Part shown: positions 1 through 11,832 of the stretch, in pieces | Layout: each line of letters opens with the position of its first letter | How positions within the stretch are numbered: position 1 is the first letter of the stretch | Notes under the pieces: model-generated | Seen by the model: only the letters and a program-made list of their open reading frames with translations | Told to the model about the DNA's origin: nothing | Databases searched by the model: none | Program-made: the position numbers and the translations under genes | Source: Octopus bimaculoides | Taxonomy: Eukaryota | DNA: 34,089 nucleotides | Direction of reading: 5' to 3' | Assembly (NCBI RefSeq): GCF_001194135.2 | Contig: NC_069005.1 | Span: 18,651,885 to 18,685,973, forward strand

Positions 1-489
1 ATATATATATATATATACGTATATATGTGCTAAAGTGTCATTCTTTCCACAAAATACAAGCTGTTTGGAAAATAATAATTGGTTATATAATATTAGTAGC
101 GGAGTTTGCCATCGTTGGTGTTGGTGTTGGTGGAGAAGACAGTAGTTGCTGTAGTGGTGGTTGTAGGGCTGATGGTGATGATGATGGTGACGGTGGTAAT
201 GGTGTTATTGGTATTTGAGTGGAGGGCTACAGGTAACGTTGATGGTATTGTTATGATGTTGTGGTTGTCATCGTTGCTGCTGCCGCTTGTTCTTGTGGTG
301 ATGGGATTAATACTGATGTTAGCAATTGTAATGGGGCCCGAAGAAAAGGGTTATTTAGTCGTAGTGGAGGTAGTAATAATAGTTATGGCGGTAGTGATGG
401 AAGTAGTAGTGGTAGTATTAAGTTTAAAAAGTTAACTGGATGTGGAGAAAAGTTAATTAAATATTTCCCTTATTTTCTTTTCATGTTTT

Positions 490-617
490 ATACGCACAGA
501 CGTGTGTGTACTTGTGTGTTAGTATGTATGTGTTCGTGTATGTATGTGTGTGCATATATGTATAAATATATATACATTTGTATGCATGTGAATGTATGTG
601 TATGGAAATGTATATGC

Positions 618-677
<60 letters not shown>

Positions 678-726
678 ATGTGTATGTATATGTATATATC
701 TATATGTGTGTGTGTATGTATGTATG

Positions 727-779
<53 letters not shown>

Positions 780-860
780 ATTTGTATGTGTATACAAATA
801 CAAATATATACGTAGATAGACAGAGACACATAGATGGACAGACAGACAGACAGACATGCA
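490..860. repeat. Compound (TG)n/(TA)n/(TATG)n/(CAGA)n microsatellite tract, representative of dozens across the window
   Basis: Directly visible dinucleotide and tetranucleotide runs; it explains the spurious CV/HT/YI-rich ORFs. Confidence 0.97.
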
Positions 861-1713
861 GAAAGTAAGTGTGCTTAAGTGTTTACGTGAGCATGCGTGC
901 ATGCGTTCGCAAAAGTTTGAGATTCAGCTAGTATATATTTACATGTATATATTTACATGTACGTGTGTTTATGCGAGTGTCTATGTGTGTGTAAGTGTCT
1001 CTGCGAGAGTGTGCATGCGTTTTTCAGACCTCAAGATAGGTGAAAGCTATGATATAATTGGATGACGCCACTTAAACCTTTAAGTACATACATTCTTATA
1101 TCCTACAAATTAAAGAAAGCCCATCGCCTCCCTGGTTTACCAGATTACGTATGTGTATATACATGCACACAGGTAGACATACACACACACATATACACAC
1201 ACATACACACATACACATATTCATGTTTATGTATCTATCTATCTATATATATATATATATATATATATATNNNNNNNNNNNNNNNNNNNNNNNNNNNNNN
1301 NNNNNNNNNNNNNNNNNNNNNNNNNNNNNNNNNNNNNNNNNNNNNNNNNNNNNNNNNNNNNNNNNNNNNNNNNNNNNNNNNNNNNNNNNNNNNNNNNNNN
1401 NNNNNNNNNNNNNNNNNNNNNNNNNNNNNNNNNNNNNNNNNNNNNNNNNNNNNNNNNNNNNNNNNNNNNNNNNNNNNNNNNNNNNNNNNNNNNNNNNNNN
1501 NNNNNNNNNNNNNNNNNNNNNNNNNNNNNNNNNNNNNNNNNNNNNNNNNNNNNNNNNNNNNNNNNNNNNNNNNNNNNNNNNNNNNNNNNNNNNNNNNNNN
1601 NNNNNNNNNNNNNNNNNNNNNNNNNNNNNNNNNNNNNNNNNNNNNNNNNNNNNNNNNNNNNNNNNNNNNNNNNNNNNNNNNNNNNNNNNNNNNNNNNNNN
1701 NNNNNNNNNNNNN

Positions 1714-1746
<33 letters not shown>

Positions 1747-2129
1747 ATTTATGTATATATGTATATAGTCATATTGATTCTATATATTATATATTTACTA
1801 TATAATATTCATTATATCATTTTTATTCATGTATTTATTATTTTTATACATTAAATGTATTTTTTATACTTTTATATATTTTTATTCTTATTTCTATATA
1901 TCTGGATGTTTACATATTGCATTTAATATTTTTACTTTTATTGTAAGGCAAGAAGTCATTATTTATGTTTTATTACATAAAAAAATGCCCACAATCATTC
2001 CCATTCTTCTCGCTGTTATTGCTCGAAGAAGGATTGTGGTGGTGGTGGTGGTAGTGGTGTGGTTGCGACGGTGGTTACTGTTGGTGATGGAGGTAGTGGT
2101 GGTTGCAATAGTGATTGGAGGATAGTAGA

Positions 2130-3250
2130 GTCACCTTACTTTGCCTTTCATCCTTCTGGGATGCCGAGCCAGTCAAGTACTGAGCTTGCTTTAATTAACT
2201 ACAAACACCACCCCACACCTCACACACACACACACACACTGTGTGCGTGTGTGTGCCTCGAACAAAATACATACGGTATTTGTTCTGGCTCTTTACACTC
2301 TGATTTCAAACCCCGCCGAGTTCAACTTTACCTGTCATTCTTTCGGGGACGATATATGAAAGTACTGAGGTTGAGGGAATCGGCAACTCCTCAAGACTTT
2401 GCCTTAATTGGAAAAAATGATTACAGTTAAAATCCCGCAGACGTTAACATTGTCGTTCATCCTTCCAGGTTCGATAAGATAAAGTATCAATCAAGTACTG
2501 GAGTCGATGATATCGATTATCCTTCCTCGTCCACGCAGATGTTGCTACTTCTGTGCTTAAATCAGAAAGAATTATTTGGTACAACTCTTTACCGTCCGAG
2601 ATCAAGTCCCGCCGAGGTCATCGGTGCTTTTTCATAGTTCTGGGGTTGACATTAAAAAACGGTGGATTGGCATAATTGTAAATGCGTCGGACAAAATGAC
2701 TTGTGGTTTTTCTTCTGGTATTTTACGTTCTGAGTTCAAATCTCACTGAAGTCAATTTTTGCGTTTCTTCTTTTCTGGGTTGGTAAAATAAAGTACCAGT
2801 CAAATACTTGAGTCAATATACCTGACGATTCCTTACTCGCAAAATTTGAAGCCTTCTGGCTAAAGTCAGGAATAATGAAGGTCGGGAGAATGGCAGAAGC
2901 TTGGAAACATTAGACAACATTTTTTGCGGTATTTGTACGGCACTTTACGTTCTGAGCTCAAATCCCGCCAAAATCTACTTTGCCTTTCAACTTTTCAAGG
3001 TCGATAAAATAAAGAACCAATGAAATACTTGGGGCGATGGTATCGATTAGCACCTGTCTTCAAAATTGCTGGCATTATGCCTAAATTACAAACATTGTAA
3101 GGGAGTTGGCAGAATCGTTAAAGAGTTGGAGGAAATGCTTTGTGCTATTCCTGCCGGCTTTTATGTTTTGAGTTAAAATCTCATCAAACATAATTTTGTC
3201 TTTCCCCTTTTGGGGTCGATAAAAAAGTACTATCCAGTACTGGGGTCAAG
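2130..3250 (+). mobile_element. Head-to-tail array of about 7 degenerate copies of one tRNA-derived SINE (about 220-bp unit)
   Basis: Recurrent motifs tggcagaa..., gttctgagttcaaatcccgcc (B-box-like), ctttgcctttcatcc..ggggtcgataaaataaagtacc, tactggggtcgat. Near-full copies start at about 2661, 2884 and 3101; partial copies at about 2130, 2270, 2429 and 2580. Confidence 0.85.
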
Positions 3251-3409
3251 AGTATCTTCGATGATGGTGTTGGTAGTAACGCCTCTTGACCTTTTAGATC
3301 TGGTGGAGCCCGTCTCTCTTCAGATCTGACCGCAGCAAATTTCTTCCAGAAATAGAAGAGAGAAACAAAGACAGAAAAAAAAGTGAGAAAGAGGAGAATT
3401 GAGTCCAGC

Positions 3410-3480
3410 ACTTGATTTGCTCTTTATTTATCGACCACTAAAAGGATGGGCATGATTTGAGCTGAGGTGCATTTTATCCA
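3410..3480 (-). mobile_element. SINE fragment, same family as 2130-3250, inverted
   Basis: ctttatttatcgaccactaaaaggat is the reverse complement of the family core. Confidence 0.6.
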
Positions 3481-3739
3481 ACACCTCTAATGATTTTTCC
3501 ACTTTGTTGCCCCAAAAAGGGCATATGTGTTGCCCTCTCTAGGGCCTTCCACTTCTTCCTTGATTAGTAGGGGTTCCGTTGGGACATGCAACATAATCTT
3601 GGACATGGATTTTTAGACCTAGCGGAGATCATCCCTCTTCAGACCTGACCAGAGCCAGTTTCGTTCGGAAAAAAAGAGACACCGTACAATTGCATAGCTA
3701 GTGGGATGGGTTATGAAGCGGTCTTCCCCAAAATGGTAC

Positions 3740-3856
3740 TTTATCAAGGCGGCGCTTTTGTCGGGGTGGTACATTTATCGGAACGCCATTTTTGTTGGGG
3801 TGGCACTTTTGTCAGGGCGATACTTTGTCAAGGTGACACTTTTGTCGGGACGACAC
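3740..3856. repeat. Minisatellite, 7 units of 16-17 bp (consensus ttttgtcrgggyggcac)
   Basis: Units: tttatcaaggcggcgc / ttttgtcggggtggtac / atttatcggaacgccat / ttttgttggggtggcac / ttttgtcagggcgatac / tttgtcaaggtgacac / ttttgtcgggacgacac. Confidence 0.85.
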
Positions 3857-3984
3857 ATTCCGATCTGCTGTATATGCCTGTATTGATGGCTGAGAGTAAG
3901 GTGGAGGAGGCAAACGTAAGGCTGCCTTGGGCGGCACACACTCTAGCTATGCCACTCAGATTGGAAAAAAAGAAGAGAAGAAAT

Positions 3985-4140
3985 CCCAGTACTGAGTGGT
4001 ACTTTATTTATCGCCTATCGGAGGAAAGAAAGGCAAAGTTGACTTCGGCGGGACTTGAACTCGGAAAGTAGATAACTGGAACGATTTACCGCAAAGCAAT
4101 TCATTCGATTCTCTTCATCTCTGCTAATTAGCCGCCTTAA
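3985..4140 (-). mobile_element. SINE, same family as 2130-3250, inverted
   Basis: cccagtactgagtggtactttattttatcg...aaggcaaagttgacttcggcgggacttgaactc is the reverse complement of the family core and B box. Confidence 0.85.
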
Positions 4141-4204
4141 AGAGACATATTACAAGCAGTCAAAAGAACCATTAAGAACAGCAATCAATCGTTGGCCGCC
4201 CCCA

Positions 4205-4470
4205 AACCACTCCACCACCATTACCAACATCATCATCATCATCATCATCATAATCATCGTCATCACCAATAATATCACCACCGGCACTATCATCACAACC
4301 GCCTCCCTCACTAGCACCACCACTACCATCTTCACCACCACAGTCACCACAACTACCGCCGTCATCACCAACAGCAAGAATGCCACGAATACCACTGTCA
4401 CTACAACCACCACCACCACCACGATCACCACTACCATCATCAACAGCACCATCATCACCACCACCAACAT
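4205..4470. repeat. Degenerate (CAT/CAC)n trinucleotide tract
   Basis: Directly visible; the V/M-rich minus-strand ORF is an artefact of it. Confidence 0.9.
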
Positions 4471-4532
4471 AATTAGTTTTCGTAACATTCTTCTGTATTT
4501 TTTATTTCTTTGTATTTGTTGATGTTTATTTT

Positions 4533-4568
<36 letters not shown>

Positions 4569-4578
4569 NNNNNNNNNN

Positions 4579-4609
<31 letters not shown>

Positions 4610-4799
4610 AATATATATATTTATATAGCGTGTGTGTGTTGGGTATGTATGTGTATGTATGTATGTATGTATGTATATCCAGTTGTGTAAGTTAACCTAT
4701 ATATATTTTTTAATTAATTGATCATTAGGGAATCCTCTTTAAATATTGATTACGTCCTTCAGTCGATTAACATATTTCTCGGTGTATATACATACGTAC

Positions 4800-4832
<33 letters not shown>

Positions 4833-5102
4833 NNNNNNNNNNNNNNNNNNNNNNNNNNNNNNNNNNNNNNNNNNNNNNNNNNNNNNNNNNNNNNNNNNNN
4901 NNNNNNNNNNNNNNNNNNNNNNNNNNNNNNNNNNNNNNNNNNNNNNNNNNNNNNNNNNNNNNNNNNNNNNNNNNNNNNNNNNNNNNNNNNNNNNNNNNNN
5001 NNNNNNNNNNNNNNNNNNNNNNNNNNNNNNNNNNNNNNNNNNNNNNNNNNNNNNNNNNNNNNNNNNNNNNNNNNNNNNNNNNNNNNNNNNNNNNNNNNNN
5101 NN

Positions 5103-5151
<49 letters not shown>

Positions 5152-5394
5152 CATGCATACATATATATTTGTATATATGTATACATATACGTATGAATGT
5201 AAGTACACGTTGTATTTAATAGTGGTGAGGGAGATGATGGTGGTGGTGATGGGGAGTGTTGTGGGGGTGTAGTGTTGGTAGTAGTTTGATGATGATAGTG
5301 TTGATGCCGTTGCTTGTTATTCCCCATGCTTGTTGCATATTTTTTGAAAACTCTCTCAATCCGCCATCTTCTTCCATATACTCGTTTTGTCTTG

Positions 5395-5745
5395 ATGTCA
5401 TTCTCTTATACAGTTGCTTCGTATTATTCTCCCTGATGTTACACTGTTCCGCAGTCTCTTATTCTCAGTAATATCATTATTTTGTTACATTGCCATTCCG
5501 TATTCTTTTATTCCATACAATGTCATTCTCTTATACAGTTGCTCTGTTCCATATTTCCTTATTCTCTCTGATTTTATTCTGTTACATTGCTAGTCTATAT
5601 TCTCTTAATTTCCGTGATGTCGTCCTGTTATACTAGTGCTCCGTATCCTCTTACTCTCGCCAACGTTATTCTAGTATAGTGTTGTTCTGTATTCTCTTAT
5701 TTTCTCCGATGTCATTGTTATATTTCTATTCCTTATTCTCTTATT
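5395..5745. repeat. Degenerate tandem repeat of about 45-50 bp (gatgtcattct..ttatac..ttgctccgtattctcttattctc)
   Basis: gtcattctcttatacagttgct occurs exactly at about 5397 and 5522; ttacattgc and tattctctta recur. Confidence 0.7.
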
Positions 5746-5756
5746 ATATATATATA

Positions 5757-5866
5757 TCTGTAATATAATACGTGACAATTATTCGGTTGCCATAATAAAA
5801 CTTCAAGTTTCGGATGTCGGAGTTTTATTATGGCAACCGAATAATTGTCACGTATTATATTACAGA
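5757..5866. repeat. Perfect 46-bp inverted repeat with an 18-nt spacer; probable inverted end of a Penelope-like pseudo-LTR
   Basis: 5757-5802 is the exact reverse complement of 5821-5866; the minus strand across the loop reads ccGAAAc-ttgaa-gtt, the 3' half of a hammerhead. Confidence 0.9.
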
Positions 5867-5932
5867 GAAATTCCTCTATTTACATAATGTCGAGGTCTCT
5901 TTCATTCTTTTGTTGTCTTACCATTACTATTA

Positions 5933-5974
<42 letters not shown>

Positions 5975-6301
5975 NNNNNNNNNNNNNNNNNNNNNNNNNN
6001 NNNNNNNNNNNNNNNNNNNNNNNNNNNNNNNNNNNNNNNNNNNNNNNNNNNNNNNNNNNNNNNNNNNNNNNNNNNNNNNNNNNNNNNNNNNNNNNNNNNN
6101 NNNNNNNNNNNNNNNNNNNNNNNNNNNNNNNNNNNNNNNNNNNNNNNNNNNNNNNNNNNNNNNNNNNNNNNNNNNNNNNNNNNNNNNNNNNNNNNNNNNN
6201 NNNNNNNNNNNNNNNNNNNNNNNNNNNNNNNNNNNNNNNNNNNNNNNNNNNNNNNNNNNNNNNNNNNNNNNNNCTCACTGCTTCCTCTAGCGACCGATTG
6301 T

Positions 6302-6348
6302 CCATCATAGATAAGACCAAACAAGGTCGAAATCACGTGATCTGGTAG
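6302..6348 (+). ncRNA. Degenerate minimal type I hammerhead ribozyme (Penelope-like pLTR type), probably inactive
   Basis: Stem I 6304-6307/6343-6346; core tagataa versus CUGANGA (3 changes); stem II gacc-aaacaa-ggtc; GAAA 6329-6332; palindromic stem III tcacgtga; AUC cleavage triplet ending at 6342. Confidence 0.65.
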
Positions 6349-6935
6349 TCTCAGTGCTGGGGGTGGTGAAGATTTATTTCCCCGCATTAGCAATATAAGC
6401 AAGAGCACATTTTACACCAAAAACCAATAATAGAGTTTTTCTCATGGTATCTACCGTAGTATAGTTTGTCCTAAAAGAACATCCACGTTAAGTGGGGATA
6501 AATATTACCTATCGCTATTAATACTGTCTCTGTCGCTTGTATATATTTTTTTAAACAAGAAGCAGAGAATGTTTTGGATACTTTATCGTGGATAAAAGTG
6601 AAGAAGTATTTACATTGTAATCAAAATATGCTACCTGTTTCAATCCTTTATAAAAGGTGATTTAGTCATGCTGAAATAGAAAGGAAAATAAATCGAAATG
6701 AATTAAATTAATCTTTCATGATATCAGTTGTAAAAGTTCACATGTTTTTCTTACGACAGTCACATATTATTGATGCTTCGTTTCCTTCTGATTCTTTCTG
6801 AATCGTGGTAGTAGCAGTAGCAGGAGGAGGAGCAGTAACAAGAGTGACTTAAATAATTGCAGTGGCGTGTGCAGCTGCCAGTAGCATTAGCAACAGGAAT
6901 GTTATAACTGCAGCAATTGTTTTGGAATGTATGAT

Positions 6936-7359
6936 ACTCTTTTACTCTTTTATTTGTTTCAGTCCTTTGACTGCAGCCATGCTGGAGCACCGCCTTTAGT
7001 CGAGCAAATCGACCCCAAGACTTATTCTTTGTAAGCCTAGTACATATTCTATCGGTCTCTTTTGCCGAACAGCTAAGTTACGGGGACGTAAACACAGTAG
7101 CATTGGTTGTCAAGCGATGTTGGGGGGGGGACAAATACAGACACACAAACACACACACACACATACATATATACATATATATATATACATATATACAACG
7201 GGCTTCTTTCAGTTTCCGTCCACCAAATCCACTCACAAGGCTTTGGTTGGCCCAAGGCTATAGTAGAAAACACTTGCGCAAGGTGCCACGCAGTGGGACT
7301 GAACCCGGAACCATGTGGTTGGTAAGCAAGCTACTTACCACACAGCCACTATTGCACCT
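6936..7359 (-). mobile_element. Full-length tRNA-derived SINE with an internal (CA)/(TA) microsatellite
   Basis: Minus-strand head agtggctgtgtggtaag...ggttccgggttcagtccca has A-box and B-box motifs; tail ends in (aagagta)-like repeats. Confidence 0.9.
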
Positions 7360-8189
7360 TTCAAAACTTCTTGTCAGTAGAGAAAGAGAAGGTTTCTAGC
7401 CTCGACCCAAGGCTCCTTCTCTAGAACTTCATCAACACCAACAAGGTGGTTATGCACAGTTGTGCGATTGTGTGCAGATCTGTTTTTTTATGTGTACTTA
7501 TACATATAGCTGCGCGTAAATGCTAAACCTTTGGAAAGTTTTACATATTTTGACAATTCCATTGATGGTTTTTATCTCTTGCCATCTAATTAATTTACCT
7601 TTCTCCATTCTGGTTTGGAGAATTCTAATTTCTCAAGATTGGTGCTGAGGTTGTTTGTTATATATTTTTGTGTTCAAGTAATTACGCATATAAGTCTGCA
7701 TGTATGTATGTATGTATGTATGTATGTATGTGTGTATGTATGTATGTACATAAGTGTGTATGTATGTTTGTATTTAAATGTACGAATGTATGATACAGTT
7801 TACTCTAAAAAGAAAATAACATAAGGAGATATCTAGGTAACATAATTTTATCTTTTGTATTATCATATTTTAACTTAATTTCCTCTACGCATGCTTCTTC
7901 TTACCGCATGTATGCTACAAGATGTATGCTACAGACGTTGTTAACTATACGATCTAGAACTCAACTCCAACTTAAACTTGACGAAAATCATCTAATACAG
8001 ATTCAAACCTTAGAGCATTACAATGCTCTGAAGATTCAATAATATATCTCTATATCCGATGTTTATGAGTATGCTCTTTCTTTTGACATTTTTCTCTTCT
8101 TTTAGTCATTACTATGTGAAGGTGGACATTTGTGAGTGAGTGCTTGTGTGTAGACGCATGTGTATATAGGAATCCACCCAACTTCTCCG

Positions 8190-8705
8190 TAGACTCCACC
8201 CACAGTTCCTGGGAGGGTTCTGGAAGGGTCATGGGCTGGGATAATCCTCACATTCTTCCTCCATATCAGAAGCAACTATCAGAAGATTCCCAAGCATGAC
8301 CAATTGAGACAATAGATATTATCCAACTACCTCGTTCTTGGTCTACCCCTAGTTCTGCCTGAAGAATCTATCTTACGATTGTTTCCTCTCTGATATTCTA
8401 TTCACATGCTACCGAAGCTTTGGCCTTTCAGTACAGAGAAGTAACAGCTCGACCTGGAAAGTCTCCCAAATCTCCGAGCTGTACACCCTCAAGCAACGTT
8501 ACTCCAGAGATCCTTCGAAGGATTCCATCCTTAACCACTTGTATTCGCGACTGTACTATTTTGCTCATTACGCAACATTTATGACCATAGATGCGGACAG
8601 GCACGGAAACGAATTGAAGACAGTGTGTCCGGATTTTTTCAGCATCCTCTTCTTTTCTGGTCATAAAACGCATTGGCTGCAGCTCTTTGCCATCATAAAA
8701 ACAAA
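8190..8705 (-). mobile_element. RTE-clade LINE 3' fragment (degraded reverse transcriptase C-terminus)
   Basis: Minus-strand translation IYGHKCCVMSKIVQSRIQVVKDGILRRISGVTLL resembles RTE LTYGHECW...RIQAAEM..LRRISGVTLLD; further downstream GRPRTR.LDNI. Confidence 0.85.
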
Positions 8706-9323
8706 AACAACTGTGTTTTAATTAATTTCCATAGAAATTATAGATTCTTTGAGACTATCAGCTTTTCTCATTCAGTGACATTTGCAATGACCGCAAAGTG
8801 TTTCTTTACCTTGTCTCTATGCGAACATAATTTTGACAAATCAAAAATTTAATTTGTATGGCATTTAGTATCCCCTGCCACCCATCCACACTTCATCTTC
8901 ATTGTTGAAATTCATGCCAAACTGATATGTGTTTTCGACAGTATTTTCATCATACACACACACACACACACANNNNNNNNNNNNNNNNNNNNNNNNNNNN
9001 NNNNNNNNNNNNNNNNNNNNNNNNNNNNNNNNNNNNNNNNNNNNNNNNNNNNNNNNNNNNNNNNNNNNNNNNNNNNNNNNNNNNNNNNNNNNNNNNNNNN
9101 NNNNNNNNNNNNNNNNNNNNNNNNNNNNNNNNNNNNNNNNNNNNNNNNNNNNNNNNNNNNNNNNNNNNNNNNNNNNNNNNNAAGGAAGAAAAGAAAGTGA
9201 GAGAGATGTATACGCATGAAGATGTGTATATTTATGCATGTATGTATACGGGTGTATGTATGTATATATATATATAAATACTTTATATATATATATATAT
9301 ATACATATATATAGTAATATACT

Positions 9324-9407
<84 letters not shown>

Positions 9408-10194
9408 GAGAGAAAGAGGGAGAGAGAAAGAGGGAGTGAGAAAGATGTATATATGCGTGTTTGGTAGATGGAAGCATTTTAGAGGTAAATTTGTAGATAG
9501 ATCGATAGATCGATAGGTTGTTAGACACAATTTTGTTAATGAGCTGGAATTTGTTAATATTTGTGTGTGTGTGTGTGTGAGTGAGCGTATGCGTGTATGT
9601 GTATGTGTGTGTGTGTGCGTGCGCGCACGCGCGTGTGTTTCGTACTTATACATTAAGCGTGGTAGATGAGATAGTAATAGTAACATTTATGTGCTCATAA
9701 ATACGTACTTACATTATACACACAGGCATTTATGTAGACATACATAAATATAACGTTTGCCTGCACACATTTCTATATACCTTCGAACACTACTATGGCT
9801 ATATGCATATATACATGTGTGNNNNNNNNNNNNNNNNNNNNNNNNNNNNNNNNNNNNNNNNNNNNNNNNNNNNNNNNNNNNNNNNNNNNNNNNNNNNNNN
9901 NNNNNNNNNNNNNNNNNNNNNNNNNNNNNNNNNNNNNNNNNNNNNNNNNNNNNNNNNNNNNNNNNNNNNNNNNNNNNNNNNNNNNNNNNNNNNNNNNNNN
10001 NNNNNNNGTGTGTGTGTGCGTGCGTGCGTGTGCGCGCGTATGCGTTATAGAATATGTACATAATATGCATAATATGTAAGAGAACAGGGGTCGTGTAATC
10101 AACTCTATCAGCTGGCGGATGTTTTTGCTATAAGAAGCCGTGCACTCAAAACTGAATGCTCGCGCAAAACGTTTCTCTTCCTCAAAGAGACGCT

Positions 10195-10550
10195 GACATG
10201 ATTATGTCGTTAAGAAGCTCCTTTGTAACCACTTGAATTCAGGTTCAGTCCCTCTGCGTGGCGATTTGGTCAAATGCTTCTTTTACTAAAGCCCCAAATC
10301 GACGAATATCTGGTGAGGGAGTTTTGTGGACAGAAACTCTGGGAAAGCACGTTGTATATACCTAAATATGTATACACCTAAATATGTATGTGTGTGCGTG
10401 TGTGTCTTTGTGTTGGTGTTGTCCCTCCACCGCTTCACAACAGGTATCGTTTTAAACGAAGCGCTTCGGCAAAAAGTTACCGATAGAGTAAGCACCAGAT
10501 TTGCAAAGTAATTACTGGGGTCGATTTGTTCGACTAAACTCCTCAAGAAA
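10195..10550 (+). mobile_element. Degenerate full-length SINE of the 6936-7359 family
   Basis: ggttcagtccctctgcgtggc B box, internal TG tract, tactggggtcgatttgttcgactaaa tail. Confidence 0.8.
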
Positions 10551-10789
10551 AGGAGAGAGAGGCGGAAAGAGAGAACGAGGGAAACATTAAAATAAGCCAG
10601 CGTCGAATCAACGACGCCAGATAGGCAGCGCCAAAACGGCTGTAGCAGAACGTTTCAAACCCTAGAGTGGACACTTGAAGAGATAAGTTACTTGTAACTT
10701 CCACAGCTGTGATACAGCGAGGGTTATATTCAAGAGAGAGGAGAATAAGATCAACTCACATGGCCTAAGAAGTGCCACATCATATCACT

Positions 10790-11525
10790 CAGACAATATC
10801 TATTGAACAGTAAATGGAGATATGAGTATATCACATGTGTACTCAATAGCGAAAATAATAACATCGTGAGATTATGTAATAAAACTCCTGAATATGCATC
10901 TCGGCTGTACAGTTGTTTCGGGCCAAGGTTAACTGGCTTAACATACTTAAACAGAAATTCGGAATCGAAACACTCATCATTATCAACAAAGTTATGCCTG
11001 GCTCATATCTCGCAACACCACCAACGGGAAGAACAGCCTATCCTGGACCTGTGATAGGTATACCTAGGAGTGTAGCTCTTCCTGTTTGGGTGTAAGAGTG
11101 ACTACTAAATAGCGGATAAGAGAGATAATGATGTCCTTTAAGCTGCACATAAGTTAGTCCACGTTGTGGTGGAAAATGTCGATCGTACCATACTCGAGTA
11201 AAAGTCCTACACACATCAGCAGCAGCTGCCCAAAAATGTCTACAAGTTACTACTTTGCTATCAGACATAACATTGTAGCTAAAATTATTTACAATGGTAT
11301 CTGCCAAAAGGATTTTACCGACGGCCATACCAAACACGTAACAAAACAGGAAAGTATCCATGCCTTTACAAATAAAACAATGAAAACAGCGACCTGATGG
11401 AAACGCAATAGACCTGGCGGGACAGAGATACAAAAGTCGTACACCATTCAACCGCCCAGGGGATGAGAATGTGTTGTCTAGAATTGGGAGGAAAAGAGAA
11501 TATCTGGAGGAATTCTCTCGTAACT
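10790..11525 (+). mobile_element. Highly degraded R4/Dong-like non-LTR retrotransposon 3' fragment (CCHC knuckle plus restriction-like endonuclease)
   Basis: Translations SLSWTCDRYT, THISSSCPKMSTSYYFAIRHNIVAKIIYN, WKRNRP and PGDENVLSRI..ENI correspond to the CCHC/RHD/NRPD/CP.D motifs, spread over several frameshifts. Confidence 0.7.
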
Positions 11526-11832
11526 TTTTTATTTTTTAATGTTTTCTTTTTCTTCCTCAAATTTTCAGAAAATGTTTGCGAATTTGTTCTGCACACGCGA
11601 ATTCATACGATTATGCAAAAAGAAAAAAAATGTCTGTGTGATGTAAGGGCGATTTAGCTGTTGCTTTTAGCACGTCCCATGACCACCATCCTTCTTTCTT
11701 AGTCACTCTAACATGTATTAGTATTTTTCAGTATTTTTCTCCCCATAAACACATTTAATGGAATGATGATTCACCCAAGGGTGATCCATTGCTGGGATTT
11801 AAGCAAAAAAATCGGACTGTTTGTTTTTGAAA

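Noticed and set aside
261-1768. Long ORFs rich in CV/YI/HT or X (and all similar ORFs across the window)
   Set aside because: They are translations of dinucleotide repeats or N gaps and have no protein-like content.
3740-3856. CRISPR-like array
   Set aside because: The units are contiguous without unique spacers, and the context is eukaryotic with no cas genes.
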